DNA of 64,000 nt from Octopus sinensis (Eukaryota). The first letter of the stretch is position 1. Every line of letters starts with the position of its first letter. The notes beneath the pieces were generated by a model. It had not been told where the DNA came from and did no database searches. It worked only from the letters and a program-made list of their open reading frames with translations. Location: assembly GCF_006345805.1 (NCBI RefSeq), contig NW_021833026.1, positions 682,001-746,000 on the forward strand, read 5' to 3'. The translations under genes were made by a program, and so were the position numbers. Below, piece by piece: positions 26,075 to 40,022 of the stretch.

Positions 26075-26829
26075 CTATTCTCTAAGCTTAGCCAATCTAC
26101 GGGTCAAAAACGGCCAATAACCTAGCCTCCAGAGTCTCACTCTCATCCTTAGACAACTCCACATCTCCCCTCATCTTTGGAGCCTTAAGTTGTCCCAGAA
26201 CGTCCAAATCATTTTCCTCAGCGACACGAATCATCAGTGCAGATACTTGATCCTGTGGAGTGGATGTCGCCATAGAAGAGTCCATATTGGTAGAAACAGT
26301 CTTCAGTAAAAACAAAAAAACAAATACAGAAGTCATGACGTCCAAATTTTCGAATTGTTTAGTAAAGTTGTCCATTATTTTGGTGATTTTTACCAAATCC
26401 ATGGACTTCATCACTTTATCCAGCTCTTTTGTGGACATTCCAATTCCTTTCATTGTCTAAATGTATTTATGGGAGTTTTTAACTTCTTTTAGCGTGTTTG
26501 TTGATTTTAGACGGGAGACGACAGAACTTATACGAGAAGATAGTCTGAGGTAATTCAAACTTTCATTTTTAAGTCGAATTGAATTTTCTGCATATATTTG
26601 GGCTGTCTCTTTGTCTCCACGTTGTAGGGACTAATCCGAATCGTTAAAACCACGTTTTTAACGTTTTTGACTTTAGCAAGTTCTTTGTGATAGTCTTTCT
26701 CGGATTTTTTAGACTGGCGTTCAATCTGTTTGCCTGTAAACTAAATAGATATGTTTCTTATTTTTATACTTGGAGTTTAAATATTGTATCTAATAGTATT
26801 ATTTAAGATTAAGAAAAACCACTATCCAT
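26075..26829 (-). CDS. CHMP1: ESCRT-III subunit CHMP1/Did2
   Basis: Spliced N-terminus MDNTIFKLQFTGKQIERQSKKSEK; MDLVKITKIMDNFTKQFENLDV..TPQDQVSALM. Removing a last 25-nt intron gives the conserved end LEARLAKLRE*. Confidence 0.92.
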
Positions 26830-27102
26830 CAACAAGAATAAGTAATTCTATTTGTCAATAAAAATATTCAATTATTTAGAAAATCTAGTAATTATAAATA
26901 AATGAACAAATATTATATCTTAAATATTATTTTAGAAATCAACTTGATACTGCTCTCGTCTATGAATTAGACATTCTCCATGTCTGCGTAATAGTGACGA
27001 AATAAAAAAAGTAATTCCTAACTTAGCCTCATAAAGTACATTTCTCTAGTCATAACAATTAACCAATCTTATTTATAAGACATTTTATACTGCCAATATA
27101 TA

Positions 27103-28644
27103 ATGAAAGGAATGATAGGGTATTATAATTATCAGAATTTTATGATAAGATTCACATTTTTTTTGCTTGGGATGACATCTCTGTTATCTTGGAATATTAC
27201 CATCAATATTACACACGATGTAGTCCTTTGCCTTTTACTTTCCAGTATTTTATAAAATACCGATTGGGGCAATCGGAAGATGTGACTGTTGTAAAATTAC
27301 GAAAATATGTGTTTCATAACCTGATCATCATTTCTCAGGGAATGATATTTCTTACAGCGATTTTCAGCTTTTTTTACCGACCACCCAGGTATTTTTTAGT
27401 AAAATATGTGCTTAAGTGGTTGCGAATTGACTCATATGATTACAATGCTCTCGATTCTTCTCGCCGGATTTGTTATTCAAACAATTCTAACATTTGTTAA
27501 CTCGACCAAGTGTTTGTTTGGTAAAATTCTTGTTTAGGGCCAAAAATCTTTTTATATATTAATTATTTCTGATTTCAGTTATGCAAAGTTAGATTACAAG
27601 TTTAATAAAACTTTAGTTGCTTCCGGGTGGACGACAATATGTTTGTTTACGTTTGCCGGAGTATTCCAGCAAGGGGCACAATGCATACCAAATATCTTAA
27701 CTGGAATGGTGAGGATTCCATGTTTTATATAAAAGAACTTGTGTGGAGTGATGGCGACCTTATTTTTTGTGATTCTTAAACTAGGTTACGTAAATTAATA
27801 CATTATACTTACTAGTCAAAACAAATTTGTGGAAAATGATTGCTATCTATTATTCGTCTGCTGCACTCTTGTGCATAGCTAGTATTTTGCTCTGCAGATT
27901 TCTAGGAATTCGGGTACCCCATATAGTAACAAATCCAATGTAGAAATACTCTATTACTTTTTTAAACTGTGAGGAAATTGAAGATTCATTCAAAATGAGA
28001 ATTAAAAATAATTTCAAAAAATTGCTCACGAGTCTCAAAATGGTTTAAAATATGAATTATAATTATTAGTGCTATCCTGCTCTTATTTCCAACTATTTGA
28101 TATTTTTAGTCACACTTTCTCTGTTTCCTGCTATTCTCAGTTCGACTACATCGCTAAAGCAGTGTTTGCCGGGTATTGTAATTCCAGGAGTTTAGATGAG
28201 TGGTATGAGATTATATGCACATTCGTCATCTTTAATGTGGCTGCGTTCGTGACATCACCTTTGCCTAATTTGTTCAAATTTGTAATATTTAAAATTTTTA
28301 ATATTCAAAGCCTTCTCGAAGATTTATCATTATTGTCCCAATGCTTCGAATTTTTTTCATTCCATTTTTTATATACTGTAATAACTACAGTCTAAATCGG
28401 CGTCTTCCAGTTGTCTTTCCTGACTGGACCTATATATTGCTGTGCATACTCTTTTCGACTTCACATGGATACTATTCAAGCCTTTCTTCCGCGTACGCTC
28501 CAACGTAAATTTTAAATATTTATTTATAGCTATGCACCCGGATATGAAAGAGAAGCAGGCTATTTGACATCTCTTGTCATGTCTGCTGGGCTTGTTTCGG
28601 GTGGATTTTTGTCAAAATTTATCAAATACATCATAACATTATAA
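27103..28644 (+). CDS. Equilibrative nucleoside transporter (SLC29/ENT family)
   Basis: TM1 FFLLGMTSLLSWN..YFIKYRL (cf. ENT1 FFMLGLGTLLPWN..YFTNRL). C-terminal HGYYSSLSSAYAP..EAGYLTSLVMSAGLVSGG (cf. NGYLASLCM..AGAIM..LGL..GA). Internal exons were not all resolved. Confidence 0.85.
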
Positions 28645-29642
28645 CCCATTTAATATGACTAATGATACTTATCTTACTTGTATTTTTACCTTACCAAGTT
28701 TATATTTTTTAAGTATGCTTAGAAAAATATAAGTCACAAATTCTGTTTTATTTTATGTCCAGTGGATATAAAAAAGTACCTTTGATTATCTCAAAATATC
28801 GTTTTTATTTGGAGATGGCATTGGCCAGATGCCGAAATTATTAAATGAGATGTGTAGGATAGTAAAAAAACAAATCCGTTTTTAAATGACTGTTTTAGAG
28901 AAAAAATCAAAAAAGTATTAAAGAAAACGAAAAACTCCTTTTTGTCGTAAAAGTGATGTTGGTCAGACTTATGACATTCTTGTTCTTGTTTAATAAAAAG
29001 GTTACTAAACAAATTTGGATAGATTTTTATTCGAAATCTATATTAAAAACTAGCCTAAGATTTTGTATATAAACAAAAGATTGATATACAATAAAACATC
29101 TCTTTCTTGCCAGTTTTGGGACTGACGAAAAAATTGCAAGCAATAAAATTTTAAAATAATCAATAAAATTTATAGAAAACTCGACTAAAAAATCATTCAT
29201 TTTTTTCTTTGATTCAAAAATATATTGTTGTTTTACTCTGACCTATGACGGGATTTCCAGAGAATTTAGATCGAAGTTTTTATTTTGACAAAAAATGATT
29301 TCAATTTTTAAAGAATATTTAATGCTTCTTTTCAATTTATAAGAGAATGCGTTTCCTTAAGTTATTTACTTTAATTCTCAATAGTAAAAAAATTAGAATT
29401 AACGGATAAATCCGAAAATGGTCATACTATTCGGACCGTCACACTAGTTAGTCGTACAATTATTTAGTAGTACAATCATATCAAAACATAAAAGATTAAT
29501 AAAATCATTTTATTCTTTTAACAAAACTAGCATAACATGATATGCTTCCATATACACCATGCTTGGAAATGGGCCAATCTTTAGTCTAGTTTGAGGACCC
29601 TGCTTGAATAAATAAAATTCAAAGTTTTACCATTGCTTAAAG

Positions 29643-30505
29643 CAGGCATTCTCAACCTTTTTTTGTTCATCGCCCCCTTAGATATTTTATCGCCCCCCTT
29701 TGAAATTTTATCGCCCCCTTGTCCATATACAATTTAAAAATTTTGGGCATTGTCCCTTAATTGGTTGTTTTTTGTATATAACTCAAAAATCAAAATATAA
29801 AATAATAAATCAAATGTAAAAATTGAATTTTTATTAAAAATTATTAGTGAGACTTTTGATATTGATGTTTACTCGCTAAATATTCTATGTCGGGTTTAAA
29901 TCCCATTAAAACAGCTTTACTATCTACAATGACGCTTTCATCAATTTGTAATGAAAACTTACTTCGCTTCAGTCTTTCAATAAGGATTTCCTCTACATTG
30001 TCACCCATTTCATCAATACTTTGACGAATCACCTGAACGTGTTAGTTAATGATTAAGACGTTGTGCGCACCCACAACTACATATAAATAAATGTTAAATA
30101 ACCATCATGTACTGGCTTTGTGAATAACGATTTGATCGTTTTCTTATTTTCAAAATTGTATTTTAAATTTTGAAAATATTCAATCGGCTTTGACATTTTA
30201 TCCGGGTGCTTGCGTTTTAGATGATCCTGTAATCGTGATGGCTTCATCGCCTCATTTGAGAAAGAACATTGACAAATAAGACAATAAGGCTGTTTTGTAT
30301 CTTCAGTACTTTGAATAAACCCATATTTTAAATATCGTTTTGATAATGACGACTTTTCTTATTGAGCGAAAAGACATCTTAGATACCAAACAAGAATGTA
30401 AAAACAGCGTGCTATTTTAAAATCGCCCCTTGTAAAAAATTATCGCCCCCCTGTACAAAATTTTCGCCCCTAGGGGGGCGATTCGCCCCCGGTTGAGAAC
30501 ACCTG
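29643..30505 (-). mobile_element. Complete non-autonomous hAT (Buster type), 863 bp
   Basis: TIRs CAGGCATTCTCAACC / GGTTGAGAACACCTG, perfect 8-bp TSD GCTTAAAG, and clustered TCGCCCC subterminal motifs at both ends. A deleted transposase joins FSLQIDES to KHQYQKSH*. Confidence 0.95.
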
Positions 30506-31509
30506 GCTTAAAGTATTCCAAGAATTCAATATCCGATGCTTTTTTCCAAAACAAGGAAATAGAAAGAAATTAGGGACTAAATTGTATTTTAATTAATTTT
30601 GACAGATTTCTATTAATTTAATGTTTCACTTTTTGTTATAAGTAAATTTCTTTCCATTCAATCTATTTAAAATGACCAAAACAGTTTTTCAAACAATTAA
30701 AACTTATAGTTCAGTATTTTTTGCTCTGATTAGATTTTCTGACATAGGAAGGGACAGATTTGTAGAAAATCCCAGTTTCATTAGCGTTATAAATATTTTA
30801 TACTTTTTATTTCTGAATCTTTGTAGAGATCAATCGCACTCTTCGTGTAAAATTCTCAACTTAAAATAGTTACTTTCTTTAACTTACTTAGGCAAACATT
30901 GCTACCTTGAAACTGTTGAATCCCGTGTGTTAGCAATGTTTTTTCTTTCAACAAAATTGCTTTATCATTCAGAAATCCACGTCCAAGTTTAATAAAGTTT
31001 ATCATATTAGGAGTTCAGTGTCAATAACAAAAAATGTTAGATTAGATAATCATTTCGTATTAAAGAAAGTAGGATCAGTAGAATTTTTTGTCTTTGAAGC
31101 CTTAGGTCGTTAATAAACTTTCGAAATATTTTTCTGAGATAGAAAAAAATAGATGATATACCCTCCATTTAGAACAAATTAAAAAATGGTTTAACCAACA
31201 AATATTTTCTTATAAAAAATTTAAAAATAGTGGCGTGAAAGAGAATATTTATCAAAATTTCTAGAAAAATCGATTTTGACGAGTAATAGAGGTGGCTAGC
31301 AGCAGAGGTTTTACTGTGTTTGAAATGATTTTAAACAAACAGGACTATTAATTATCATATTTAGTTTTTTTACCAATAATCGTTAAAAATTATTGGAAAA
31401 TTCTTTAAAGTAAAAATGATTTGTTTAATATTTATTTGTTTAAATTTATTTTTTTCTGAATTATAATTTAACCCTGAAGCATTAAATATTATTTTTAATA
31501 GACTTAACA

Positions 31510-34063
31510 ATGAAGAACAATTCAAACAACGCATCATTTAAACACGATGGTTCAATAAAAAACGCCGAAAAACTGACATTCTTACCATCAAACCGTGTGA
31601 TAAATTCAAGTCACCTGAAGAGCATGGAAGAATATAAAAGAATGTACAAAATGTCCATTACAGAACCTGCGGAGTTTTGGAAAATAATAGCGAGAGAATT
31701 CTATTGGAATAAGCTTCGAGGCAATGACAAGGCGAACTGGAACTTTGATGTAAACAAGGGACGAATCTATGTAAATTGGTTCAAAGGCGCTGAGACTAAC
31801 ATGACCTTTAATTGTCTGGATCGCCATATTCAGAAAGGTAAAGGTGATAGAGTGGCATATTATTGGTTCGGTAGTACTAACTGACTGTTTAGGGAGGGCA
31901 ACGACATGGAAGATAGAATTCAACTTACATACAATGAATTACATAAACAAGTCTGTAAAATGGCGAATGTTCTCAAAGCTCAAGGTATGTGGTCATAATA
32001 GGAAAAATTATTTTTTGGTCAACATTTAATGGAGAATTGGTTTATTTATTGTCAATTACAATTAATTGGACACACCTATCTACTTAATGAACACAAATGA
32101 AATTGTTTTAGGGTTGAAAAAAGGCGATACTGTCTCTCTCTACATGCCAATGATCCCTGAATTGGTCGTGGCCATGCTAGCATGTGCAAGATTGGGAATA
32201 ATCCATTCAGTGATTGTACGACAATACATTTTAAAATTACAGTTTGCTGGATTTTCTGCGAGTTCTCTCTGCGTTAGATTTTTGAGCACCAAACCGAAAC
32301 TGGTAATAACTGCAGGTTTTGTTGGGTTTGTCAAACCACAGATGGCTTCTGGCGTGGAACAAAATTAATAAATTTAAAAAATATTTGCGATGAAGGGATC
32401 GAACTATGCAAAAAAGAGTTTTAATCTTTAAATTTGACAGTCCAGAGGACATTTTATTAAGACTGTAATATTAAAGAGACATCTCAATCCTAAAGAAGAT
32501 CAGCAAGCCAAAACTGAGCCAGGCGGCAGACCATTTACATTGCAAGTTAGAAAATGTTGACAATAAGCTAGGTAAACATTGATTCTGAAAGAGACCTGTT
32601 ATGGGACGAGGTCATGGCCAAGGCTAGTTCCAAATGTCTTCCGGTTTGGCTGGATGCAGAAGATCCTCTCTTTATGCTCCATACAAGTGGATCAACCGGA
32701 ACTCCAAAGGCCATTTTACATACTATTGGGGGATACATGTTGTACACTGCAACAACATTTAAATATTCCTTTGACTATAAACAGAAAGATGTTTATTGGT
32801 GCACTGCTGACCTCGGGTGGATAACAGGACACAGCTATATTTGCTATGGCCCACTTCTTAACTGCGCGACGAGTGTAATGGTACAGTCCTTTTAAATCAG
32901 ATCTTCAGTTTGAAGGTGTCATGACATTCCCGGATGTCACCAGATTCTGGAGGATATGCGACAAATACAAAGTCAATCAATTTTATACTGCACCAACTGC
33001 AATAAGAGCTTTGATGTCTTATGGAGAAAATTATGTCACTGAGTATTATTTTGTCTTATTTTCAGGAGCAGTAAAAGGGACTCTCTGAGAATCATCGGCA
33101 CTGTCGGAGAACCGATAAATCCAGACGTTTGGGAGTGGTATCACAGAGTTGTTGGAAATTCTCGTTGCGCAGTGATTGACACCTATTGGCAGACAGAGAC
33201 TGTAATGCAGTTATATCTAATATACAGGGAGGACACATCATCACTCCTATGCCATGTTTTAAAACCAAACCAGGCTCTGCTGTATTTAAAATCATTATTC
33301 GTATGCTAGACTCTTCCGTTTTTTGGTGTTCTCCCAGTCATTCTGAATGAACAAGGAAAAGAAGTCAAAGGAAAGACTGATGGATATTTGGTCACTGATT
33401 TGACTTAATTAACAGGCGATAAAGCAAGCTTGGCCAGGAATGATGCGAACTATTTACGGAGACTACAAAAGGTACAAAAAAACATATTTCGAACGATTTC
33501 CTGGATATTATATCACTGGAGACGGTTTGTAGAAGAAATGATCATTCACAGGTGCACATCGAGACGCAGACGGATACTTTTGGATCACAGGCAGAATTGA
33601 CGATATGCTTAATGTCTCTGGACATCTTATAAGCACAGCTGAGATTGAGGCAGTCCTAGTTCAACATCCAAGCGTCGTGGAAGCTGCTGCAGTGGCTACT
33701 CCGCACAATATTAAAGGAGAGTGCATTTATTCGTTCGTCTCACTACAGCAGGAATGAGGATCTGTATATATTTGCTTAGGGAATGGAATTAACTCCTGAA
33801 CTAGAAAAATCCATTAAAGAAGAAGGTACTGGTTGGAATATAAACTTATAGTTCGAAACACAATCGGAGCTATAGCAACTCCAGAATACATACAACATGC
33901 ACAGATGCTACCAAAGACTCGATCTGGGAAAATCATGCGTCGCGTTCTGCGTCAAATTGCCAAAGGGTCAGCCGAATTTGGGGATCTCTCCTCAATCAGC
34001 GACCCCTCAGCAATTAAAACACTACAAGAAGGAAGAAGTCTAATATTTAGTAAATTAGAATAA
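31510..34063 (+). CDS. ACSS2: Acetyl-CoA synthetase (ACSS2-like)
   Basis: [17 protein letters not shown]; [19 protein letters not shown]; [14 protein letters not shown]; [14 protein letters not shown]; DTYWQTETG; [13 protein letters not shown]. Confidence 0.93.
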
Positions 34064-34643
34064 AAAATACTAACAATTTGACCACTAATCCTTAATTTCT
34101 TAAATTTCAATTCAATTTCTTGAATGAGACAAATTTGGTTGTCTTAATTTGAAAAGCGGTTCTTATTGTAGATTGCATCTAGAGGAGACATACAAAAATT
34201 GACGAATATGTTTCCAGATGAATCCAGAGATAGTTTAAAAACAGACTAAAGTTTTTTTAATTCTGAAATTTCTGGCATTGGTTTGAGAAACCAGCTGGAA
34301 AATACGTGGTCAGTGAAACAAATATTTTTTATAATTCAAGAACGACTTTTTAAAGATTCCTTAAAAATAGATTCAGCAAGAAAAAAGGACAATTCAGTAC
34401 TCAATTTGAGACTAGAGAGAACTATCCCCTTTGCCAGATGAGAAAGATAAAAAACCTTGGCCTGAAATTTGTCCGGAAGTTTGTTCATATTATTAATTTG
34501 TACCAAAGACTTTTTTTAACTCTAACGATGATTATTTTGACATTATTTTATATGTTAAACTATTTCAAAATTAATTTAATTATTATGTAAAGAAAAACTT
34601 AATTTGATAATAAATATTTTATTACAGTTTATTTACGTGGTAA

Positions 34644-36302
34644 ATGGATTTCCTATCGTCTCTCCTTGAATGCGAAGATTCGGATATTACCCCTTCTCTT
34701 AAAACAATGATTAAGAATTTATCGAGTATTGAATTGGAGAAAGAACTTGAAACTATTCCTGACGAATATCTTATAATGACTATTCTCAAAATCTGTGACC
34801 GCATTGCAACTTTAGAATCCCATCTTCGTCAATCATGTGATTCATTATTGAACAAACTTCTCCCCACCATTACTAACCGTCTAATAAAATCTGATCTTTC
34901 TAACGTCCACAACCCAATATGTGAAGGAATAGAGATTCCACTCAATTTCTGTCGTAGATTGTCCTTATCATTGGTATTCCTAACAAACTCATCGGCAGTT
35001 CAATAATTTTGACTTTAGTGGTGACGTATCACCTTATATGAATGCCTTAAACGTTGCCCTCAGTTATTTAGAGCATGAAGGGTTATCTAATTTCACTCGA
35101 TCGATTTTACTGAACATATTTGGTTGTCTAAAATACGTTTTAATTGAAAGGAAAGTACCCACAGTTGTTAAAACAAGCACTCAAGACTCTTAAAGGCATG
35201 TTTGAAGAAATCCTTGAATGTTCAGAAACTCGGATTTCTTTATACGAGGTTGATGTTTGCCATTTTTATAAACTATAACGCTGTTGGGGCGATTGGATTT
35301 GATTTTGTTTATTTATTGTAGATAATACTCCAATCGTCGGTGAATGATGTATCAATTCTGACTTGCGGCTCATTCATCATCGATAAAATATGCGCCGATT
35401 GTCTTTCCGACTGCGATATTCTCATGCAGCAAGCCACGATAGAACTTGTATTTCAGTACTCCGTTTCACAACAACACAAAAAAGATCTATTTGTACTAAT
35501 GCCGGACTTGGAAAGCGTTTTCTCGGATATGGATAACTCTGAACTTGATTCTTGTTCGAGGAGAGGTTGGATTTATCCAATATATGCATTTTAGGATTTA
35601 TTCAGCTCGGTGCACTGGTCCTTTTGGCACTGCCTGATTTGTTGCCTCAATATTTGATTGATTATGCCACTTATTTGGTTGATTTAGCGGAGACTGACAA
35701 AGAAAAACTCACCGTAAACTCGGTCTACGACTCTTTTTCTCTGATTGTTGAAAATAATGACATTTCAGTGATGTTGATGGACAGTTCAGTGCTCGGGAGG
35801 TTGGCTGCGGTCAGTTCTATCCACCTTCCAATCACAAATTCCTTCCACGTTGATATCCATGTAATTGATTTGTACACAAGCATTGCTAAATTCAACAAAA
35901 ATGAAGATTTTATTTCTACTTTTTACAAATTTGTGTCGGAAAAAGTTGATTTGGGGAAATGCCTGACGTCCAAAGTGAAGGGATTGAACGATAACGTGTC
36001 ACTGGCCACCTTAAGATTAATGGACGCGATTATTTCAGTCAAAACTATTGCAAATGTTTTATTATCTTATGCTCCGTTCTTAGACTTTGTGGTGACTCCA
36101 GTGGTGTCTAAATCGTATCAATGTAACGGACATATTTCTATTTTTAGATTACGAGAGTAAGTATGAGTTGGTCAAGAAACTGGTTGTTGAGGGATATGCT
36201 GATCTCTTTGGTGATAGAAAGGATGAATTGATGAGGATGTACAACGGAGGGTTTATGTATACTCCTCCTAAGTCTTCGCAGGCTGACATTGACTATGAAT
36301 AA
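34644..36302 (+). CDS. Unknown leucine-rich helical-repeat protein (weak resemblance to the FHIP/FAM160 family)
   Basis: Long open exons linked by GT-AG mini-introns; helical L-rich composition (SLATLRLMDAII). The last 25-nt intron leads to ...QADIDYE*. One internal junction (~35190) was not resolved, and the family call is weak. Confidence 0.6.
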
Positions 36303-36541
36303 ATTGTTATTTTTGGTTATAATCTTTATTCTTTTCAGTGTGAGTTTATGCTTAGTTGTCAAGTAGGCTTACCGAAACTTAAAAACTACTTAACTGGGAA
36401 AACTGTTTTATGAACTGAACCAAATATGATGTAAGTTGAAATAGTTGTAATCAAATTCCTAACCAAGTTTTAATTGAATGGAGAAAGTTAAGAGTTTGTT
36501 AATATCGATAAAATTCAAGTTTTCTCCTGATTTTGTTGTCT

Positions 36542-36963
36542 CTAATTATATATGGACATACGGGAGTACAATCGCTCTTTAAATGAGTCAAAATATATTT
36601 TTTCCTTTTCATAAACTTCAGTCTCGCCATCTATTCCAATGTTTTTCAGTACTGTGAAGATTATAGTCACAAATTTGCCTTCGAAATATTGAGATCTGCT
36701 AATCCAGCCCTTTTTATCGTGATCCATCATTCTAAAAATGGATTCAATGTTCTCTTTTGTGAAAAATATTGGGAATTTATCTGTGTCTATAATTACCTGT
36801 TTCAACTTGATTAAATAAGATTTGATAAAAGTAACCAAATCGACTAAAATCAGTAAATTATTTATACACCTGGTTTTTCCACAAGAATATAACTTAGCAT
36901 TTCATCAAATAGTTCTCGAATTTTATGCTTTTCCAAATATTCATTTGCACTTTCTTTTGACAT
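36542..36963 (-). CDS. EFCAB10: EF-hand protein EFCAB10-like (RIIa-type docking domain plus EF hand)
   Basis: MSKESANEYLEKHKIRELF..LVEKP..; FPIFFTKENIESIFRMMDHDKKGWISRSQY|..VLKNIG (cf. EFCAB10 AAEYLEKHQIKE..FEMMD..GTISFVQYKEALKTLG). Confidence 0.85.
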
Positions 36964-37496
36964 CGTAGTTTCCAGGGTGACAGTAATTTGATGGGTGAGA
37001 GTATTTTAAAAAATACTATTTTTTAATCTAAAATTTAATTTTGCAAGACATGTACAACCGCTGAACTGACTATTTGTCAGAACAAAAATATACAAGTAAT
37101 ATCTTATTGAAAATTGAAAATCCGTCTTTGATTTTTGAAAATTGCATAGACCTCGGTACAAAAAAGTGTTGATTTTAGATATGTGGGACGTTTTTTTCAA
37201 TTCTTTGATAATTAACTAAACCAAGCAAACTCAATGACATCTTAATTTATTAATAAACGTAACCTCAATGGGATGTGATGATAAGTGGTTTAATTAATGC
37301 ATTCACTCTATAATTGTTTATTTTTTGTATATTTACTGTCTAAAAGCTAAAACAGAAGAACTGGGATTTTCAGGTGACTTAAAAAAGAGTAGATTTTCTT
37401 AGTGTAATACAAACTTGAAACATGTCGGGATTTTGACGTCAACAATATAATTTTCCCAAAGTAAAAAAGAAATGTTGATAATAACTAAATATTAAC

Positions 37497-38100
37497 GCCC
37501 TAAACTTTATTAGTTTTCTCCAAAACAGATGCAAGTTCCTGATCATTTTTTGACACTAAGTCTATGTCGTCTGCATATATAATTTCCATCGGCATCGATC
37601 CTTCGCACTTTGTTCTAAGATCTCTCAGGTATACTATGAATAGAACGGAAGATAGAGAGTCCCCCTGAAGTGTTCCAATTGTTGTCCCGAAAGGATTTGA
37701 TAACTCGTTTCCAACCCGTACAGTTAATTCGGTTTTAGAAAGTAGGAAACGGACGAGCCTAGTGCTATCTTCATCAAGAAAACTCCAAATAACGTCCAAC
37801 AACGATTTCCTATTGAAAGTGTCAAACGCACTGGACATGTCCACTCCCAGAATTTTAAAGTCATTTTTGTATCGTTGAAACATAGCACATATCCATCTAT
37901 GAGACCAGACAGTGTCTGCAGTCGAGCGACCCCTTCTGAATCCATTCTGTCCTGGCGACAGAAAATCGCAAACATCAGAAGATATCCAATTAAGAGTTAT
38001 CAGAGATAGAATTTTTCTTAGTGTCTTCAACTGGTCTTAGTTTTTTAGCGTCCCCTTGCTCTTTCCTGGTTTATATAAAGGAATTAAATTCCATCCCCAA
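37497..38100 (-). mobile_element. Non-LTR retrotransposon RT fragment (RTE-like)
   Basis: LIPLYKPGK..LRPV; QNGFRRGRST; DMSSAFDT; GTLQGDSLS..LF; YADD. Intronless. Confidence 0.88.
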
Positions 38101-38980
38101 GTTTTAAAACTGAATGTGTATCAAATACCATATTGAAAATGTTCGTAATGGTGGCTGTCAATTTGCTTGGTGCATACTTGATAATTTCTCAAGTATGTGA
38201 TCAAAAGATAGACTATATGTTGAACCAATCTAAAAATGGAATCAATATTTTGTTTTTTTGTATTTTTATAACTTTTAACAGAAAAATGCACTCGATCTTT
38301 GCAAATTGGCCATATTTGTTTTCTTGTAATTTCTTTGTCAGTTTAAACAAATAAAATCAATAATTTTGAAAAATAATGAGCAAATAATTTTTTAATTCTA
38401 TAAATTTACTTAAAAACGTAGTAGGTTGTATTGAATCAAAATTCAATTCTTAATTTTTTTATTTCTTTCCTTTTTACTTTCTTATTAAAGAAATTAGAGA
38501 AACTTCATGTTAATTCTCAACATTTGCCAGGATTTGTCTCTCAATTGCAGTTAATTTAGCTGCAATATCTATTTTGTCCACATTCGTTTTTTCAAATGTT
38601 TATTCACAGTTTTCTGACTTTTCTAAGATTTTGATTTAGAGAGAGGATGTATACATATGATGTGCTTGCCATCGACTTATCATTATATAAGTTCACAGAT
38701 TTTCTTATTTGCAAATATCTTATAAATAGTATCAAGTTAGCCAATTTTTGTTTAATTTATAAATAATTGTGATTTATTTACGGACTTGATAGAAGTGTCC
38801 AGTTATTGGTTCAAAATGCTCGAGAGGTGAAATATTTGTACAACCAGGATTAAAAAATATCATTACGCCTCGAAATATACGTGCAAAGTAATATATATTA
38901 ACAAAAAACAGTTTAATAAATATATCAATTCAATGTCTAACCACTGAGTTATTGACAATAAAATATCAGCATTAATTAAA

Positions 38981-40022
38981 ATGCTTGCACTTGTCCTCTT
39001 TTTTATTCATTTAGTGATCCAAAACAACTGTGATTTGACAAAAAGGTTATTGAAGAATTGCTTATTTTAAAAGCTTTCTTGATTTATACAACTGTATTTT
39101 CAATGGAGAAAATGCTGCGGGAGATGTGATATTAATTAACATAGAGAGAAACGTTACATTTCCTAATGGGGAAATATTCTCCCATCTAGAACATTTGAGA
39201 CAATTGTAATCAATATTTCTTTAATACTAGTGAGTGTAATGGAGACTCGCTGAAGAAAATACTAAACAACTCATTTGATGGGTTGGATAGATTAGACTAT
39301 ATGTATATTTAAATATTTCGAATTATTAGAGATTTGTATAACTGTGATAACCTTCAATACGTGAATGTAGATAGTTTTGCACGTCTAGCCGCATTATCAA
39401 ATCTGTACAAATTTTATTCTAACATTAAAGTCACATGCCATCAAAAACCATCTTTCAGTCGCCAAAAATCAGTCGTCGTGTCAGGCTTTAGTATTTTAAA
39501 TTACTGACTGTGTAGTTTTTATAAAGACCAGAAAATGTGCATGTTCACAAACGGGTCCCAACCCACACTGTATACTTTGTTATTCTCATATAAGAATTAC
39601 GACAATGATGAATGAACCAAATATCTTATTAGCCGACAACAGTGTGGAAATAAAATTATATAAAAATCAAGAGACAACCCTCACTATGGAAGAAGCATAT
39701 GGTGTGTTTGTATACTCACATTAGATTGCAACTTCTGTGACCACCCGATCCCTAATAATATGATCTGCCCAAGTGAATGTAACTGAAAAAATATTCTAAC
39801 GATATTCATTAACTAACCTAATTATTAATTCTGATATTTTTTGTTTCCGCATTTCTTTATTGTTACATGCACTAGTCAGAATTAAAGGCAAACTTGCACA
39901 AGTGATTGCAATTGCTATTAACTTCATTTAAGTGGTATTGCTTAAACACATTTTTGAAAAGAATCACCTGCGACACATCCGAGCACCGGTATCCTGCCAA
40001 AAGAGTACAGCCCGAGGATTGA
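38981..40022 (+). CDS. Secreted leucine-rich-repeat protein, paralog A
   Basis: Signal peptide MLALVLFFIHLVIQNNC. LRRs IFSHLEHLRQF|ECNGDSLKKILNNSFDGLDRLDYI|DLYNCDNLQYVNVDSFARLAALSNL, with phase-2 mini-introns between repeats. Cys-rich C-terminal region; the 3' exons were inferred by comparison with paralog B. Confidence 0.75.
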
